From Candidatus Eiseniibacteriota bacterium (lineage in GTDB: Bacteria > Eisenbacteria > RBG-16-71-46 > JABDJR01): DNA of 64,000 bases. Below are positions 1 through 9,994 of this stretch, piece after piece. A program made the translations under genes and the position numbers. The DNA is taken from NCBI GenBank assembly GCA_963783375.1, contig CAWANH010000028.1:1952001-2016000 (forward strand), in the 5' to 3' direction. Each line of letters starts with the position of its first letter. Within the stretch, counting starts at the first letter, position 1. The notes beneath the pieces were generated by a model, which was not told the DNA's origin, did not search any database, and saw nothing but the letters and a program-made list of their open reading frames with translations.

Positions 1-728
1 GCCTTGATGAAGTAGTAGAAGCGGACCTCGGCCGCCTTGCGGTTCTCCAGGGCATTGGCCAGGGGTCCGGCGAAGCCGTAGGCCAGGAGCACGCCCAGGA
101 AGGTCCCGGTGAGGGCGGCGGCCACGTGCTCCCCGACCCGCTCGATGGGTCCGTTGATGGCCCCCATGGTGACCACGATCCCCAGCACCGCGGCCACGAT
201 GCCGATCCCGGGAAGGGCGTCGCTTACCCGCTGCAGAACCTTCACCCCCATGCCTTCCTCCTCCTCGCGCACCTCGATGTCGGTCTCCATCATCATGTCC
301 AGGTCGTGGGGGGAGACGCTTCCCATGAGCACGAGCCGCAGGGAGTCGCAGAGGAACTCCACCGCGGCAAAGTGGGCCAGAACATCGGCATAGCGCTGGA
401 AGAGGGCGCTTTCCCGGGGTTTCTCGATGTGGGACTCGATGGCCACCAGGCCGTCTCGCTGGGCGGTCTGGAAGAGCTCGAAGAGGAGCTTCAGGGCGTC
501 GAGGTAGAGGCGCCGGTTGAACGGAGCGGGGCGGATGAGTCCGGGGAGGTCGCGGAGCAGGGCGCGCAGGGTGGGGTTGGGGGTCGAGATGAGGACGGTC
601 CCCACCGCGGTCCCGCCCACCACCATGAACTCGGAGATGTGAAAGAGGGCGGGGATCTTCCCCCCGGCAATGGAAAAGCCGCCGAGCACCGAGACGACGA
701 CGACCAACAACCCGAACAAGGCGATCAT
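1..728 (-). CDS. motA: Flagellar motor stator protein MotA (3' end runs off the window)
   Basis: Manual translation from ATG at 728 gives MIALFGLLVVVVSVLGGFSIAGG...AQRDGLVAIESHIEKP...DALPGIGIVAAVLGIVVTMGAI...VAAALTGTFLGVLLAYGFAGPLA, which are typical MotA motifs. A GGGGGA RBS lies upstream. Not in the ORF track because it is truncated. Confidence 0.9.
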   Translation of the reverse strand, partial: MIALFGLLVVVVSVLGGFSIAGGKIPALFHISEFMVVGGTAVGTVLISTPNPTLRALLRDLPGLIRPAPFNRRLYLDALKLLFELFQTAQRDGLVAIESHIEKPRESALFQRYADVLAHFAAVEFLCDSLRLVLMGSVSPHDLDMMMETDIEVREEEEGMGVKVLQRVSDALPGIGIVAAVLGIVVTMGAINGPIERVGEHVAAALTGTFLGVLLAYGFAGPLANALENRKAAEVRFYYFIK

Positions 729-950
729 GAGCGGTCCCCCAGAGATCCCAGGATGCTTCGCAGATGTGCGTCCAACTTCAGTGTCGGAGGGGAGGGGGGG
801 AACTTGAGGGGGCCGGGGCGCATTGCAGATTGCAACGCGCCCCGGCCGGAAGGGGATCAGTCGGTGTAGCGGCCCCCGGCCTCCGACCCCACACGAACGG
901 GGCGGCCCGTCTCCGGACCGCCCCGCGAAACACCACCGGCCTGAGCCGGA

Positions 951-2072
951 TCAGTTGTCCTTGGTGTACTGCTTCTTGAGCTTGCCCCAGGAGGTGGGTT
1001 CGGTGGCGGTGGGGGCGGCGCCGGCGGGGGCGCCGGCCGAGAGCACCTCGACCTGCCCGTCCTGGACGCTCACCGAGAGACCGTCCATCCCCTGGGCGGC
1101 CAGGGCCTCCTGGATCCGGGCGGCCAGCTCGGAGTCGCCCAGCGATCCCGGATCGTCGATGGTCACCGTCCCGCTCTTTCCCGCGTCGGTGACGTCGAGG
1201 ATCAGGTGCTCGCCGGCGTCGTCCTGGGTTCTCCGCATGCGGATCTCGGCCCGGTGGAGGTCCCCGCCCAGGGGCTTCCCGTCCGAGGTGAGCTGGACCT
1301 CGACCGGTTGGTCGGGGATCGGGGTGGAGCCGTCGCTCTCCGCCTTGACCTGGATCTCCATCTTCCCGGGTTCGTCCATGGTGACCGAGACCTGGGCGTT
1401 GGGGATCCCCGCCGCCGCCAGTTCCTGGGCGATCTCCGCTTCGATCTCCGACGCGCTCTTTCCGTCCACGCTCACCTGGATCACGTTGTCCAGCATCATG
1501 GCGTAGACGTTCCCCGAGGTCTTCTCGCGGATGGGGTCGACCGAAGCGCGGGCGGTGTACCCCTTGTCGGTGAGGGTGTGCACGAAGGCGCGGGTGATCG
1601 CCTTGGCCGGGGCTCCGTCCTTCGCGGGCACGGTGGTGCTGAGGCTGTAGGTCATGGCGTCGTCGCCGTTTCGAGCCTCCACCCGCACCGCGCCGGCGTC
1701 GAGCGCCCCCTTGAACTGGTGCACGATCCCGTCCAGGGTGCTTCGGGTGACCCCCGCCCCGGCCAGTTCCAGGGTCACCTTCTGTCCCACCGTGTGCTGG
1801 TAGGAAACCGGAATCACCAGGAGCGCGGCGGCGATCAGGGCCACCGCGGCGGGAACGGCCACTCGCGGCCGGCCTTTGAACCATCCAAGAAACGCCATCG
1901 GAATCTCCTCCCTCGGCCGCCCCGGACGCGAATCCGGGAGGCCCTCGACGATGTGATCGAGGGACGTCATGTCCCGGCGGGACGTCGCCCGCAGGGCCTC
2001 GAGATCCCGGTCGATCCGCGCGTCCGGGGATCCGGTCTTCGATTCGCGGCCGGGATCGGGAACGTTACTCAT
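951..2072 (-). CDS. Probable anti-sigma-factor-like membrane protein with a C-terminal SWG tail
   Basis: Overlaps the end of the ECF sigma gene. Short N-terminal soluble part, one hydrophobic helix (VAVPAAVALIAAALLVIPV), acidic extracytoplasmic domain, ending TEPTSWGKLKKQYTKDN. An alternative start at ATG 1898 has a GAGGAG RBS. Confidence 0.6.
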   Translation of the reverse strand: MSNVPDPGRESKTGSPDARIDRDLEALRATSRRDMTSLDHIVEGLPDSRPGRPREEIPMAFLGWFKGRPRVAVPAAVALIAAALLVIPVSYQHTVGQKVTLELAGAGVTRSTLDGIVHQFKGALDAGAVRVEARNGDDAMTYSLSTTVPAKDGAPAKAITRAFVHTLTDKGYTARASVDPIREKTSGNVYAMMLDNVIQVSVDGKSASEIEAEIAQELAAAGIPNAQVSVTMDEPGKMEIQVKAESDGSTPIPDQPVEVQLTSDGKPLGGDLHRAEIRMRRTQDDAGEHLILDVTDAGKSGTVTIDDPGSLGDSELAARIQEALAAQGMDGLSVSVQDGQVEVLSAGAPAGAAPTATEPTSWGKLKKQYTKDN

Positions 2073-2739
2073 GACTCCCTCCTGTTCGAGATGGACCTTC
2101 GTTGACGGAGGAGTAGACCGGGGCCAGGGCCTCGGCGGGGGAGAGGGCGATCCGGTGGGATTCCCGTCCCCCCCGCCTCGGGCCCCGGCCCGAGGGGGCC
2201 GCCGCGCTCGTGAACCCCAGGGTCCGGTAGTGGCGCCGGAGCCGTTCCCGGGCCCGAAGGACCCGCGACTTGACCGCCGCGACCGAGGCCTTCTGCAAGG
2301 CCGCGATCTCTTCCATCGAGAATCCCTCGAGTTCGTACAACACCAGCGCCTCCCGTTGCCCGGCGGAGAGTCGCGCCAGAGCGCGCGCCGCCCGCCGGGC
2401 GGAGTCGAATTCCTCCGCGTGGAGCCGGCCGTCCTCGCCCGCCGGATCCCGGTCCTTCGGAGGGGCGTCGGCGAGCGGGATCAACCGCTTCCAGAACGCC
2501 CTCCGGCACCGGGAACGGTGGACGGAGAGGAGAACGGCGAAGAACCAGGACCGGAAGCGGCCCTCCTCGCGGAGGGTGTGGAGCTTTCGCCAGGCCCGCA
2601 GGACCGCTTCCTGGTAGAGGTCGTCCCCCTCGCCGTTGTGACGGCTCAGGTTCCGCGCGGTCGATAGCGCCTGTTCGTGAATCGGCTCCAGGAGACGGAG
2701 GATCCGCTCCCACCGCCGTTCCGCTTCGTAGTCCTTCAT
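2065..2739 (-). CDS. ECF-type RNA polymerase sigma-70 factor
   Basis: Region 2 (DDLYQEAVLRAW...FRSWFFAV) and region 4 HTH (REALVLYELEGFSMEEIA...VKSRVLRARERLR). Confidence 0.9.
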   Translation of the reverse strand: MKDYEAERRWERILRLLEPIHEQALSTARNLSRHNGEGDDLYQEAVLRAWRKLHTLREEGRFRSWFFAVLLSVHRSRCRRAFWKRLIPLADAPPKDRDPAGEDGRLHAEEFDSARRAARALARLSAGQREALVLYELEGFSMEEIAALQKASVAAVKSRVLRARERLRRHYRTLGFTSAAAPSGRGPRRGGRESHRIALSPAEALAPVYSSVNEGPSRTGGSHE

Positions 2740-2917
2740 GCACCCTCCGGAAGGTGTCGGGCCGTTCCGGCCTTCGGGGGGGAGACGCCTCGAAGGGCCG
2801 GGGAGGATGCAGGAGAGTTTAGGGAATTCCCGGGGCGGACCCCGGGCAAAAATACAGGGGAGACCCTACCCGATGAGGTGGGGGGGGGAGGGGGCGGAGA
2901 CCGCTCGCCGCCCCGAC

Positions 2918-3688
2918 TCAGTGCAGCCGGAAGGTGACCGGGATCTGGACCCAGAGTTCCACCGGCTTGTGCTGGATGAGCGCCGGCTTGAACACCGCGG
3001 TCTTGGCCGCCCGGATGGCCGCGTCCTGGAGCGGGATCGGCCCGTCGATGACCCGGACGTCGGTGACCTTTCCGTCCTTTCCCACCAGGACCCACAGGAG
3101 CACCGCGCCCTCGACCCCGGCCTCCCGGGCCACCTCGGGGTAGACCGGCTGGTCCATCCGGAGTCGCACCGGCTGCTCGTCCACCGCCACGAAGTCGCCG
3201 GGGGCGGGGGTGGCGTCGCCCTCTCCGTTGCCCGGGCCGGACACCACCAGCGAATCGCCGGTGCCCGCGCCCAGGTCCTCCATGGACACCGGGGCCACGG
3301 ATTCCGACATCTCGGTCTGGGTGGCGATGGTGGGGGCCTTGGCCTTGACCTCGGGAACCGGTTCGGGGACGCCGATCGAGGGCGGGGCCACCGCCTGGGC
3401 GATGGCGAGCTGGGGCACGCTGGGCTTGGAGATGGAGGGCGGGACCCCCAGCTCGGTGTAGCGGACCATGTGGACCTGGCGGGTCACCGGCGCTTCCGGT
3501 TTTCCGCGACCGGCCAGGAACCAGGCGCCGAAGGCGATCAGCCCCACCGCCAGGGCGATCGCGTTGGCCCAGAGGAGCCACTTCACGAACTCGCGCTGGA
3601 GCGGGTGGCGCTCCCCGGTCAAAGGGAGGCTCGGGGCTCCGGTCAGGGTGAAGGCCCAGGGTGTGTGGGCGTTCGGTTGCGCGCTCAT
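2918..3688 (-). CDS. tonB: Energy transducer TonB
   Basis: N-terminal TM helix, Pro-rich linker and TonB C-terminal domain (PVYPEVAREAGVEGAVLLWVLVGKDGKV...QIPVTF). Confidence 0.9.
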   Translation of the reverse strand: MSAQPNAHTPWAFTLTGAPSLPLTGERHPLQREFVKWLLWANAIALAVGLIAFGAWFLAGRGKPEAPVTRQVHMVRYTELGVPPSISKPSVPQLAIAQAVAPPSIGVPEPVPEVKAKAPTIATQTEMSESVAPVSMEDLGAGTGDSLVVSGPGNGEGDATPAPGDFVAVDEQPVRLRMDQPVYPEVAREAGVEGAVLLWVLVGKDGKVTDVRVIDGPIPLQDAAIRAAKTAVFKPALIQHKPVELWVQIPVTFRLH

Positions 3689-4203
3689 TTCCCCCCTCCG
3701 GATTTCGCCTTCTCCAGGGTCTTCAAATCGGCGTCGTCCATGGGGACCACGCTGAACCGGTCGAGCTTGGCGTCTTCCATGATGTCCATCATGTTCACCA
3801 TGTCGTCGTAGCGGGCCAGACGGTGGATCTTGGCCAGGACGATGAGATCGGGGTTGGCCATGAGATCCGCCTCGAACACCGACTCCAGGCTGTCCCAGGC
3901 CACCGGGGTGAAGGCGGCGGTCCCGAGCCTCATGAGCACCGAGTCGTCCTGGTCCACCAGCAACGTCATCACGTTCTTTTCCGGCACCTCGACCTTGGCC
4001 CCGGGCTCGGGCATGTTGATCTCCATGGCCAGGGGCCGCCGGAACACCGTGGTCACCATGAAGAAGATGAGGAGCAGGAACGCGATGTCCACCATGGGGG
4101 TCATGTCGATCCGGATCCCGGTCCGGCGCCGCTTGCGGGCGCCGAAGATGCCTTCGGCGGGGATCCTGCGGCTGTCCGGGGCCGCCTGTTCCGTTCCGGC
4201 CAT
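3685..4203 (-). CDS. exbD: Biopolymer transporter ExbD/TolR
   Basis: IDMTPMVDIAFLLLIFFMVTT motif; adjacent to tonB. Confidence 0.9.
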   Translation of the reverse strand: MAGTEQAAPDSRRIPAEGIFGARKRRRTGIRIDMTPMVDIAFLLLIFFMVTTVFRRPLAMEINMPEPGAKVEVPEKNVMTLLVDQDDSVLMRLGTAAFTPVAWDSLESVFEADLMANPDLIVLAKIHRLARYDDMVNMMDIMEDAKLDRFSVVPMDDADLKTLEKAKSGGGK

Positions 4204-4218
4204 CGTGGCTCCTCCGGT

Positions 4219-4644
4219 CTACTCGGAAGTCTTACGTTTGAGATCGGTCATCAGGTTGAATCGCAGGGTCTTGGCCTGGACGAGGGCGTCCATGAGATCC
4301 GCCACCGTGCCGAAGTCCGCGTTCTTGTCGCCCTTCACCACCACCACCGCGTTGGGGTTCCTGGCCCGCCAGTTCACGATGGCGTCCACCAGGTCGTCCT
4401 TCGCCACCTCCCGGACGTCGAGCCCCGCCGCCCCCGAGATGAAGGTCCGTCCCTCCGGCCCCACGGTGAGGATGATGGTGTCGGTGTCGGGGATGTGGAC
4501 CTCGGAGCGGGAGGCGGGAAGGGTCACCGCCACCGGCTCCGGCGGCTTGAACTGGGTGGTGGACATGAAGAAGATGAGGAGCAGGAAGGCGACGTCGACC
4601 ATCGGGGTCATGTCGATCCGCACGCCCAGCCGGTGCTTGGCCAT
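4219..4644 (-). CDS. exbD: Biopolymer transporter ExbD/TolR (second copy)
   Basis: IDMTPMVDVAFLLLIFFMSTT and KGDKNADFGTV motifs. Confidence 0.9.
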   Translation of the reverse strand: MAKHRLGVRIDMTPMVDVAFLLLIFFMSTTQFKPPEPVAVTLPASRSEVHIPDTDTIILTVGPEGRTFISGAAGLDVREVAKDDLVDAIVNWRARNPNAVVVVKGDKNADFGTVADLMDALVQAKTLRFNLMTDLKRKTSE

Positions 4645-4647
4645 CCT

Positions 4648-5361
4648 CTAGGCCTCCTGCTGCTCCAGGAGCTGGAGCACGGTGTAGCTCGACTCCTCCA
4701 TGGAATTGGTGAAGTTGTCCACCCGGGTGGTGAAGTAGTTGTAGAGCACGATGGCGATGATGGCGGTGGTGAGGCCGAGGGCGGTGTTCACCAGGGCCTC
4801 GGAGATCCCCACCGCGAGCTGGGTGGCGTCGGGGGCTCCGGCCCGGGCCATGGCGTGAAACGCCCGGATCATCCCGATCGTGGTTCCCAGAAGCCCCAGC
4901 ATGGTGGCGATGGAGGCGATGGTGGAGAGCGCGCTCAGGTTCCGCTCCAGGAGCGGGCTCTCCAGGGCGCTGGCCACCGCGATGCTCTTCCGCGTCTCCT
5001 CCAGGAGCTCCTTCTTCTCGATGCCCTTCTGGCGGAGGTTCTGATAGCGCTCCAGCCCCGCCCCGATCACGTTGGCCAGGCTCCCGCCCTGCTTCTTGCA
5101 GGCCTCGATGGCGTCGGCCACGTTGCCGCCGTCCAGAGCCGCCTTCACGTTCCGGAGGAACCCGTTCACGCTTCCCCGCCCGCCGGCCCTCCAGAGCACC
5201 AGGGTCCGCTCCAGGGCGAAGGTGAGCCCGAGGAAGAGGAAGGTAAGGCCGAGGATGAGGAGCGGGCCGCCGCGCCTCAGGTAGTCGGGGAGATGGTCCC
5301 AGATGTACCACGACACCACCAGGGAGATGATGATGATGGGGATGAGGATGTAGCTCTTCAC
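4648..5361 (-). CDS. exbB: MotA/TolQ/ExbB proton channel protein
   Basis: LSTIASIATMLGLLGTTIGMIRAF and GISEALVNTALGL motifs; GTG start with GGAGG RBS. Confidence 0.9.
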   Translation of the reverse strand: MKSYILIPIIIISLVVSWYIWDHLPDYLRRGGPLLILGLTFLFLGLTFALERTLVLWRAGGRGSVNGFLRNVKAALDGGNVADAIEACKKQGGSLANVIGAGLERYQNLRQKGIEKKELLEETRKSIAVASALESPLLERNLSALSTIASIATMLGLLGTTIGMIRAFHAMARAGAPDATQLAVGISEALVNTALGLTTAIIAIVLYNYFTTRVDNFTNSMEESSYTVLQLLEQQEA

Positions 5362-5399
5362 GTCGGTCCTCCTGGATGTTCACCCGCCGGGGTGGGGGA

Positions 5400-7252
5400 T
5401 CAGCCGCCCCCGCTCCTGGCCTTCTGCAAAAGCTCCCAGCCCTTGACCAGGGTGGGGTTCCTTGGGTCGATGGCCCGTGCCTTCTCGAACGCCGATTCGG
5501 CTCCGTCCCAGTTCTGTAGGCCGAGATAGGCGTTTCCGAGCCCGGCCCAGGCGTCGGCGTTACCGGGTTCGGCCTCGGCGGCGGCCTTGTAGGTCCGCGC
5601 CGCGTTCTTGAAGTCGCTCCGCCGAATGTAGCAGTAACCCAGGCCTCGGAGCGCGCGCGCATTGTGCGGTTCGGACGCGAGGGCCAGCTTGTACTCCTTT
5701 TCCGCCGCGCCGGTGGAGTCGCTCATCACCAGGGCCTGTCCGAGGAGCACCCGCCCGATGGTGAGGCTGTCGTCGAGGGCCAGGGCCGCGCGGAAGGGGG
5801 CGACGGCCTCGCGGTACTTCCCCGCCTGAAGATAGGCCACCCCGAGGTTCAGCCGGTAGAGCGCCGAGGTCGAATCCAGGGCCGCCGCGCGCTCCAGGTG
5901 GATCGCGGCGGAGTCGGGGCGGCCGGCGGCGAGCTCGAGGAGCCCCGCGCGATAGCGCACCTCGGCCGAGGCGGGGTCGAGCCGCATCGCCCGGTCGAGC
6001 CGCTTGCGCGCCGCGTCGTAGTCCTTCTGGCCGGCGAGGTAGTCGGCCAGGGCGAGAAGATCCTGGGGATCGTCGAGCACGCTGTCCGGGAGCGAGGCGA
6101 AGATCCCGCGGCCTGGGCCTTTCCCGCCGCGTCGGAACCACGGAGGCCGGCCCGGGCCAGGGTGAGCCGGACCTCGGTCCGGGTGCTGTCCAGGGCCATC
6201 GCCGCCCGCGCGGCCTCCAGGGCCTGGTCGTAGCTCCCCACCGCCAGGAGGGCGTCGGCCAGGCCGATCTGGGCGTCCACGTCGCCGGGCACCCGCTTCA
6301 CGTAGGCGAGGTAGGCCGCCGCCGCCTTCCCGTTCTGCCCCGCCCGCCGGTAGAGATCGGCCAGGTCCCCGAGCGCGGGGGTGTAGGTGGAATCGACCCC
6401 GAGCGCCTTCATGTACGTGTCGCGGGCGTCGTTGTATCGCTCGAGATCCTCGTAGAGCTTTCCGAGGCTGGTGAGGAGCGGGGCGGTGGGCTCCGCCCCC
6501 GGCGCGGCCAGGGCCTTCTCGTAGGCGTCGACCGCGAGGCTGGGGATCTTCCGCTCCTGGTACACCCGGGCCAGCGCCTCCGCGTAGAGCGGCTCGGCGG
6601 GGTCCAGGCTCTGGGCGATCAGGGCCTCCTTCTCCGCCCCGGTGAGGTCGCCGGTCCCGAGGTCCAGGAGCGCCATCCCGTAGTGGTAGAGATCTTCGCC
6701 CTCGTCCCGGCCGTGCAGCTTGGCGCCCCGGGCGAGAAGGTCCCTGGCCCGGCTCCAATCCTTGTCGGCCATGGCCAGCCGGGCCTTTCCGTAGACCGCT
6801 TCCCAGAGGTCGTGCTTCTCGGCCAGGGCCCGGTCGATCTCCTCCGAGGCCTCGGCGTTCCGTCCCATCCGCAAGAGGAGGAGCCCCAACCCGGCGCGGG
6901 CTTCGGGATAGGCCGCGCTCCCCGCCGACACCCGGTCGTGGATCGCCGCCCGGAAGAGGGAGTCCGCCCGGGCGTAGAGTCCCCGGTGGACCGCGACTTC
7001 GGCCAGGCCGTAGTGGGCCTTGTCCGCCTGGTAGCCGGCGGCCAGGGCCTCGTCGAACCTGGCCGCCGCCTGGTCCAGGTCGCGGCTCTCCAGGGCCTTC
7101 ATCCCCAGCCGGATCGGGTCCACGTCGAAGGTGTAGCGGGGCTGGGCGAGGGCCGGCAGGGGAGCGAGCACCAGGGCCAGCATCACCCAGGGCCACGCGC
7201 CCGCCGCTTTCCGCCGACGGGGCCGAACCGGGTTCCGCGCGGGAGCGATCAT
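5400..7252 (-). CDS. Exported tetratricopeptide-repeat protein (one frameshift near 6105)
   Basis: Signal peptide followed by TPRs in ORF 5849-7252 up to ...AAGKAQAA. TPRs continue in the 5400-7304 frame from GIFASLPD... One extra base near 6105-6107 joins the two halves. Confidence 0.75.
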
Positions 7253-7260
7253 GCCTTCTC

Positions 7261-8220
7261 CTAGCCCGACTTTCCGACCGGGCCGGTGGTGAGGATGACT
7301 TCACGGAGGGGGCGCCGGGCGGGGAGCGCGCCGTCGCGCTCCACCTGCCGCTGGCCCCGGGCGCTCACCAGGTAGCTCAGGAACATGTTGCCGCTGATGC
7401 TACCGGAGGCGGGACAGGAGGCGTAGAGGTAATGGAAGAGGGGGTACTCGCCGTACCCGATCGCCTCGTAGGTGGGAAGGGCGGCCCGGGTGGTGTCGGT
7501 CCCGACCGCCACCGGCGCCACTCCCAGGGAATCGAGGTTCCCGGGGAGGGAGAGGGAGCTTCCGAGCCCCAGGGCCCGGGGCTCGGCGGCCACCGCCCGG
7601 AGCACCTGGGCCTCGTCGGCCAGGAACACCACCCCGGGGGTCTGCCGGATCGAATCCCCGGCGGCCAGGCCCACCCGCCCCCGAAACGCGGTCCAGAGAC
7701 CGGTGTTGGGGTCGGGAACGTAGAGCCGGTCGAAGGAGGGGGGAAAGGCCCCGTCGGCCAGCGCGCGCAGGGTCGACACATCCAGGCTCTCCACCGGCGC
7801 GGCGGGGTTCTCGAGCACCACCACCGCTCCCAGAGCCACCGGAAACCACAGGGCGGTGTCGCCGCGCGCGGTTTTGAAGAGCCCCTGCTCGTCGGGAGCG
7901 GGGGGCCGGCTCAGAAACGCGACGTCGGCCCGCCGGTTGGCCAGGTCCTCCAGGGCCCGGGCGGTCCCGCCCCCGGTCATTTCGATTCCCAGATCGGGGT
8001 AGTCCCGGCGGTAGTGGGCGAGGAGACGGGGGATGAGCCGGGGAGCGAGATCGAGACCGGCGACGGAAAGCGTTTTCATCGCGCTTTCGCGGGGGTTCAG
8101 GCGTTCGGCCAGGTTCCCCCAGTGCACGCCCCCGCGGGCGAGGATGAGCGCGATCACCACCAGCACGTAGATGATCACCCGGCCGTGGAGCGAGAAGATC
8201 CGTATCCGCGGACCCGCCAA
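7261..8220 (-). CDS. PstS-like periplasmic substrate-binding protein
   Basis: GGGTARALEDL...ADVAFLSR...GEYPLFHYLY...VSARGQ pattern of the PstS/PBP-like family; N-terminal TM helix; first gene of the exbBD-tonB operon. Confidence 0.7.
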   Translation of the reverse strand: MAGPRIRIFSLHGRVIIYVLVVIALILARGGVHWGNLAERLNPRESAMKTLSVAGLDLAPRLIPRLLAHYRRDYPDLGIEMTGGGTARALEDLANRRADVAFLSRPPAPDEQGLFKTARGDTALWFPVALGAVVVLENPAAPVESLDVSTLRALADGAFPPSFDRLYVPDPNTGLWTAFRGRVGLAAGDSIRQTPGVVFLADEAQVLRAVAAEPRALGLGSSLSLPGNLDSLGVAPVAVGTDTTRAALPTYEAIGYGEYPLFHYLYASCPASGSISGNMFLSYLVSARGQRQVERDGALPARRPLREVILTTGPVGKSG

Positions 8221-8476
8221 CGATTCGACTCCTTAGGTTGTCTTCCCCTCCGGCCCGGCCGAGCCGTGGTGCGCGCCGAGGGTACCGCGATCCCCGGCCG
8301 AGCCGGCCCCGTCCGGTCCCCATCATACCCAGCCCTCCGGCGGCCCGAAACAGTTTCCTGGGCCGGTTCTTCGGGGGTGGGGCCATGCGATCGCACTTTC
8401 GGGCTCCGGCCCCATGGCCTAAGATGAGCCCCGATTCGCGATCCAGTTCCGGCGCTTCACGAAGGGCGGTGCCTTC

Positions 8477-9994
8477 ATGCAAGTCGACCGATCCGGCCAT
8501 CTTTTTCGCGCTCCGGTTCGAACGCGAACGGCCTCGATCTTCCTGGCCGCGGCGGTGTGCGTCGTCCTGGCCGGGGCCTGCTCCTCCCCGGCTCGTGATA
8601 CCCCGCCCGTGGCCGCGGATTCCGCGGTCGCGGTCGCCGGCGCCCCGCCAACGAATTCCGGCGATGAAACCGCTTTCCTCGACACCCTGGAGGCCCGCAC
8701 CTTCCGCTGGTTCTGGGACCTGAGCGATCCCCGGACCGGGCTCACCCCCGATCGCCGGCCGACCCGTTCCTTCCAGAGCATCAGCGCCACCGGCTTCGCG
8801 CTCACCGCCTACCCCATCGGGGTGGAGCGCGGCTACGTGAGCCGGGAACGGGCGGTGGAGCGGGTGCTCACCACCCTGCGCTTCCTCCGGGACGCCCCCC
8901 AGGGAACCGCCGCCTCGGGCACCATCGGCTACCGGGGCTTCTTTTACCACTTCCTGGAGCCGGAGACCGGAACCCGGTTCAAGGACGTCGAACTCTCCAC
9001 CGTGGATACCGCGCTGCTCCTGGCCGGGGCGCTCTTCTGCGAGAGCTACTTCGACCGGCCCGGTGGGGGCGAGCCGGAGATCCGGGCCCTGGCCGATACC
9101 CTCTACGCCCGGGCGGACTGGCAATGGGCCCAGGTCCGGCCCCCGGCCATCGGCCACGGCTGGGACCCCGACAAGGGGTTTCTTCCCTATGACTGGCGGG
9201 GGATGAACGAGGCCATGCTGGTCTATCTCCTGGCCCTCGGCTCGCCGACCCATCCCGTGGACCCCGCGGCCTGGGAGGAGTGGACCTCGACCTACCGATG
9301 GGGCACGTTCCACGATCAGAGCTACATCGGCTTCGGCCCCCTCTTCGGCTATCACTACACCCACGTGTGGTTCGATTTCCGGGGCATCGCCGACGCCGCC
9401 ATGCGGGAGAAGGGGATCGACTACTTCGAGAACGCCCGACGCGCCACCCTGGCCCAGCGCGCCTACGCGGTCGAGAATCCCGGAGGGTGGGCGGGCTACG
9501 GGCCCGACCTCTGGGGGCTCACCGCCTGCGACGGTCCCCTGGACGGCACGGTGACCGTGGACGGCCGGGCTCGGGAGTTCCATACCTACTGGGGGCGGGG
9601 AGCGTCGTTCCTGGGGGTCCGGGACGACGGGACGGTGGCCCCCACCGCCGCCGGGGGTTCCATCGTCTACGCCCCCGACCTGGTGATCCCCACGCTGATG
9701 GCGGTCAAGGCCGCCTACGGCGACCGGGTCTTCAACACCTACGGGTTCGTGGACGCCCTCAACCCGACGTTGAAGTCCGAGGTCGACGTGCAGATGGGGA
9801 CCGTGGTTCCCGGCCTGGGGTGGTTCGACACCGACCAGCTGGGGATCGACCAGGGCCCGATCCTGGCCATGGCCGAGAACTACCGGACCGGGCTGGTGTG
9901 GAGGGTCATGCGGCGGAATCCCTACGTGATCCGGGGGCTCATGCGGGCGGGGTTCACCGGCGGTTGGCTGGACTCGGTCGAGGCGGCTCGATGA
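8477..9994 (+). CDS. GH144 ('glucoamylase family') endo-beta-1,2-glucanase-like lipoprotein
   Basis: Lipobox-like LAGAC; motifs SISATGF, GYRGFFYHF, ELSTVDTALL, NEAMLVYLLALGS, WGLTACDGP, GIDQGPI. Confidence 0.85.
   Translation: MQVDRSGHLFRAPVRTRTASIFLAAAVCVVLAGACSSPARDTPPVAADSAVAVAGAPPTNSGDETAFLDTLEARTFRWFWDLSDPRTGLTPDRRPTRSFQSISATGFALTAYPIGVERGYVSRERAVERVLTTLRFLRDAPQGTAASGTIGYRGFFYHFLEPETGTRFKDVELSTVDTALLLAGALFCESYFDRPGGGEPEIRALADTLYARADWQWAQVRPPAIGHGWDPDKGFLPYDWRGMNEAMLVYLLALGSPTHPVDPAAWEEWTSTYRWGTFHDQSYIGFGPLFGYHYTHVWFDFRGIADAAMREKGIDYFENARRATLAQRAYAVENPGGWAGYGPDLWGLTACDGPLDGTVTVDGRAREFHTYWGRGASFLGVRDDGTVAPTAAGGSIVYAPDLVIPTLMAVKAAYGDRVFNTYGFVDALNPTLKSEVDVQMGTVVPGLGWFDTDQLGIDQGPILAMAENYRTGLVWRVMRRNPYVIRGLMRAGFTGGWLDSVEAAR

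Noticed and set aside
1-728. motA as part of the exbBD-tonB operon or a Zorya-type defence system
   Set aside because: It is separated from the ton genes by the sigma/anti-sigma pair, and it looks like a standard flagellar-type MotA. Its downstream partner lies outside the window.
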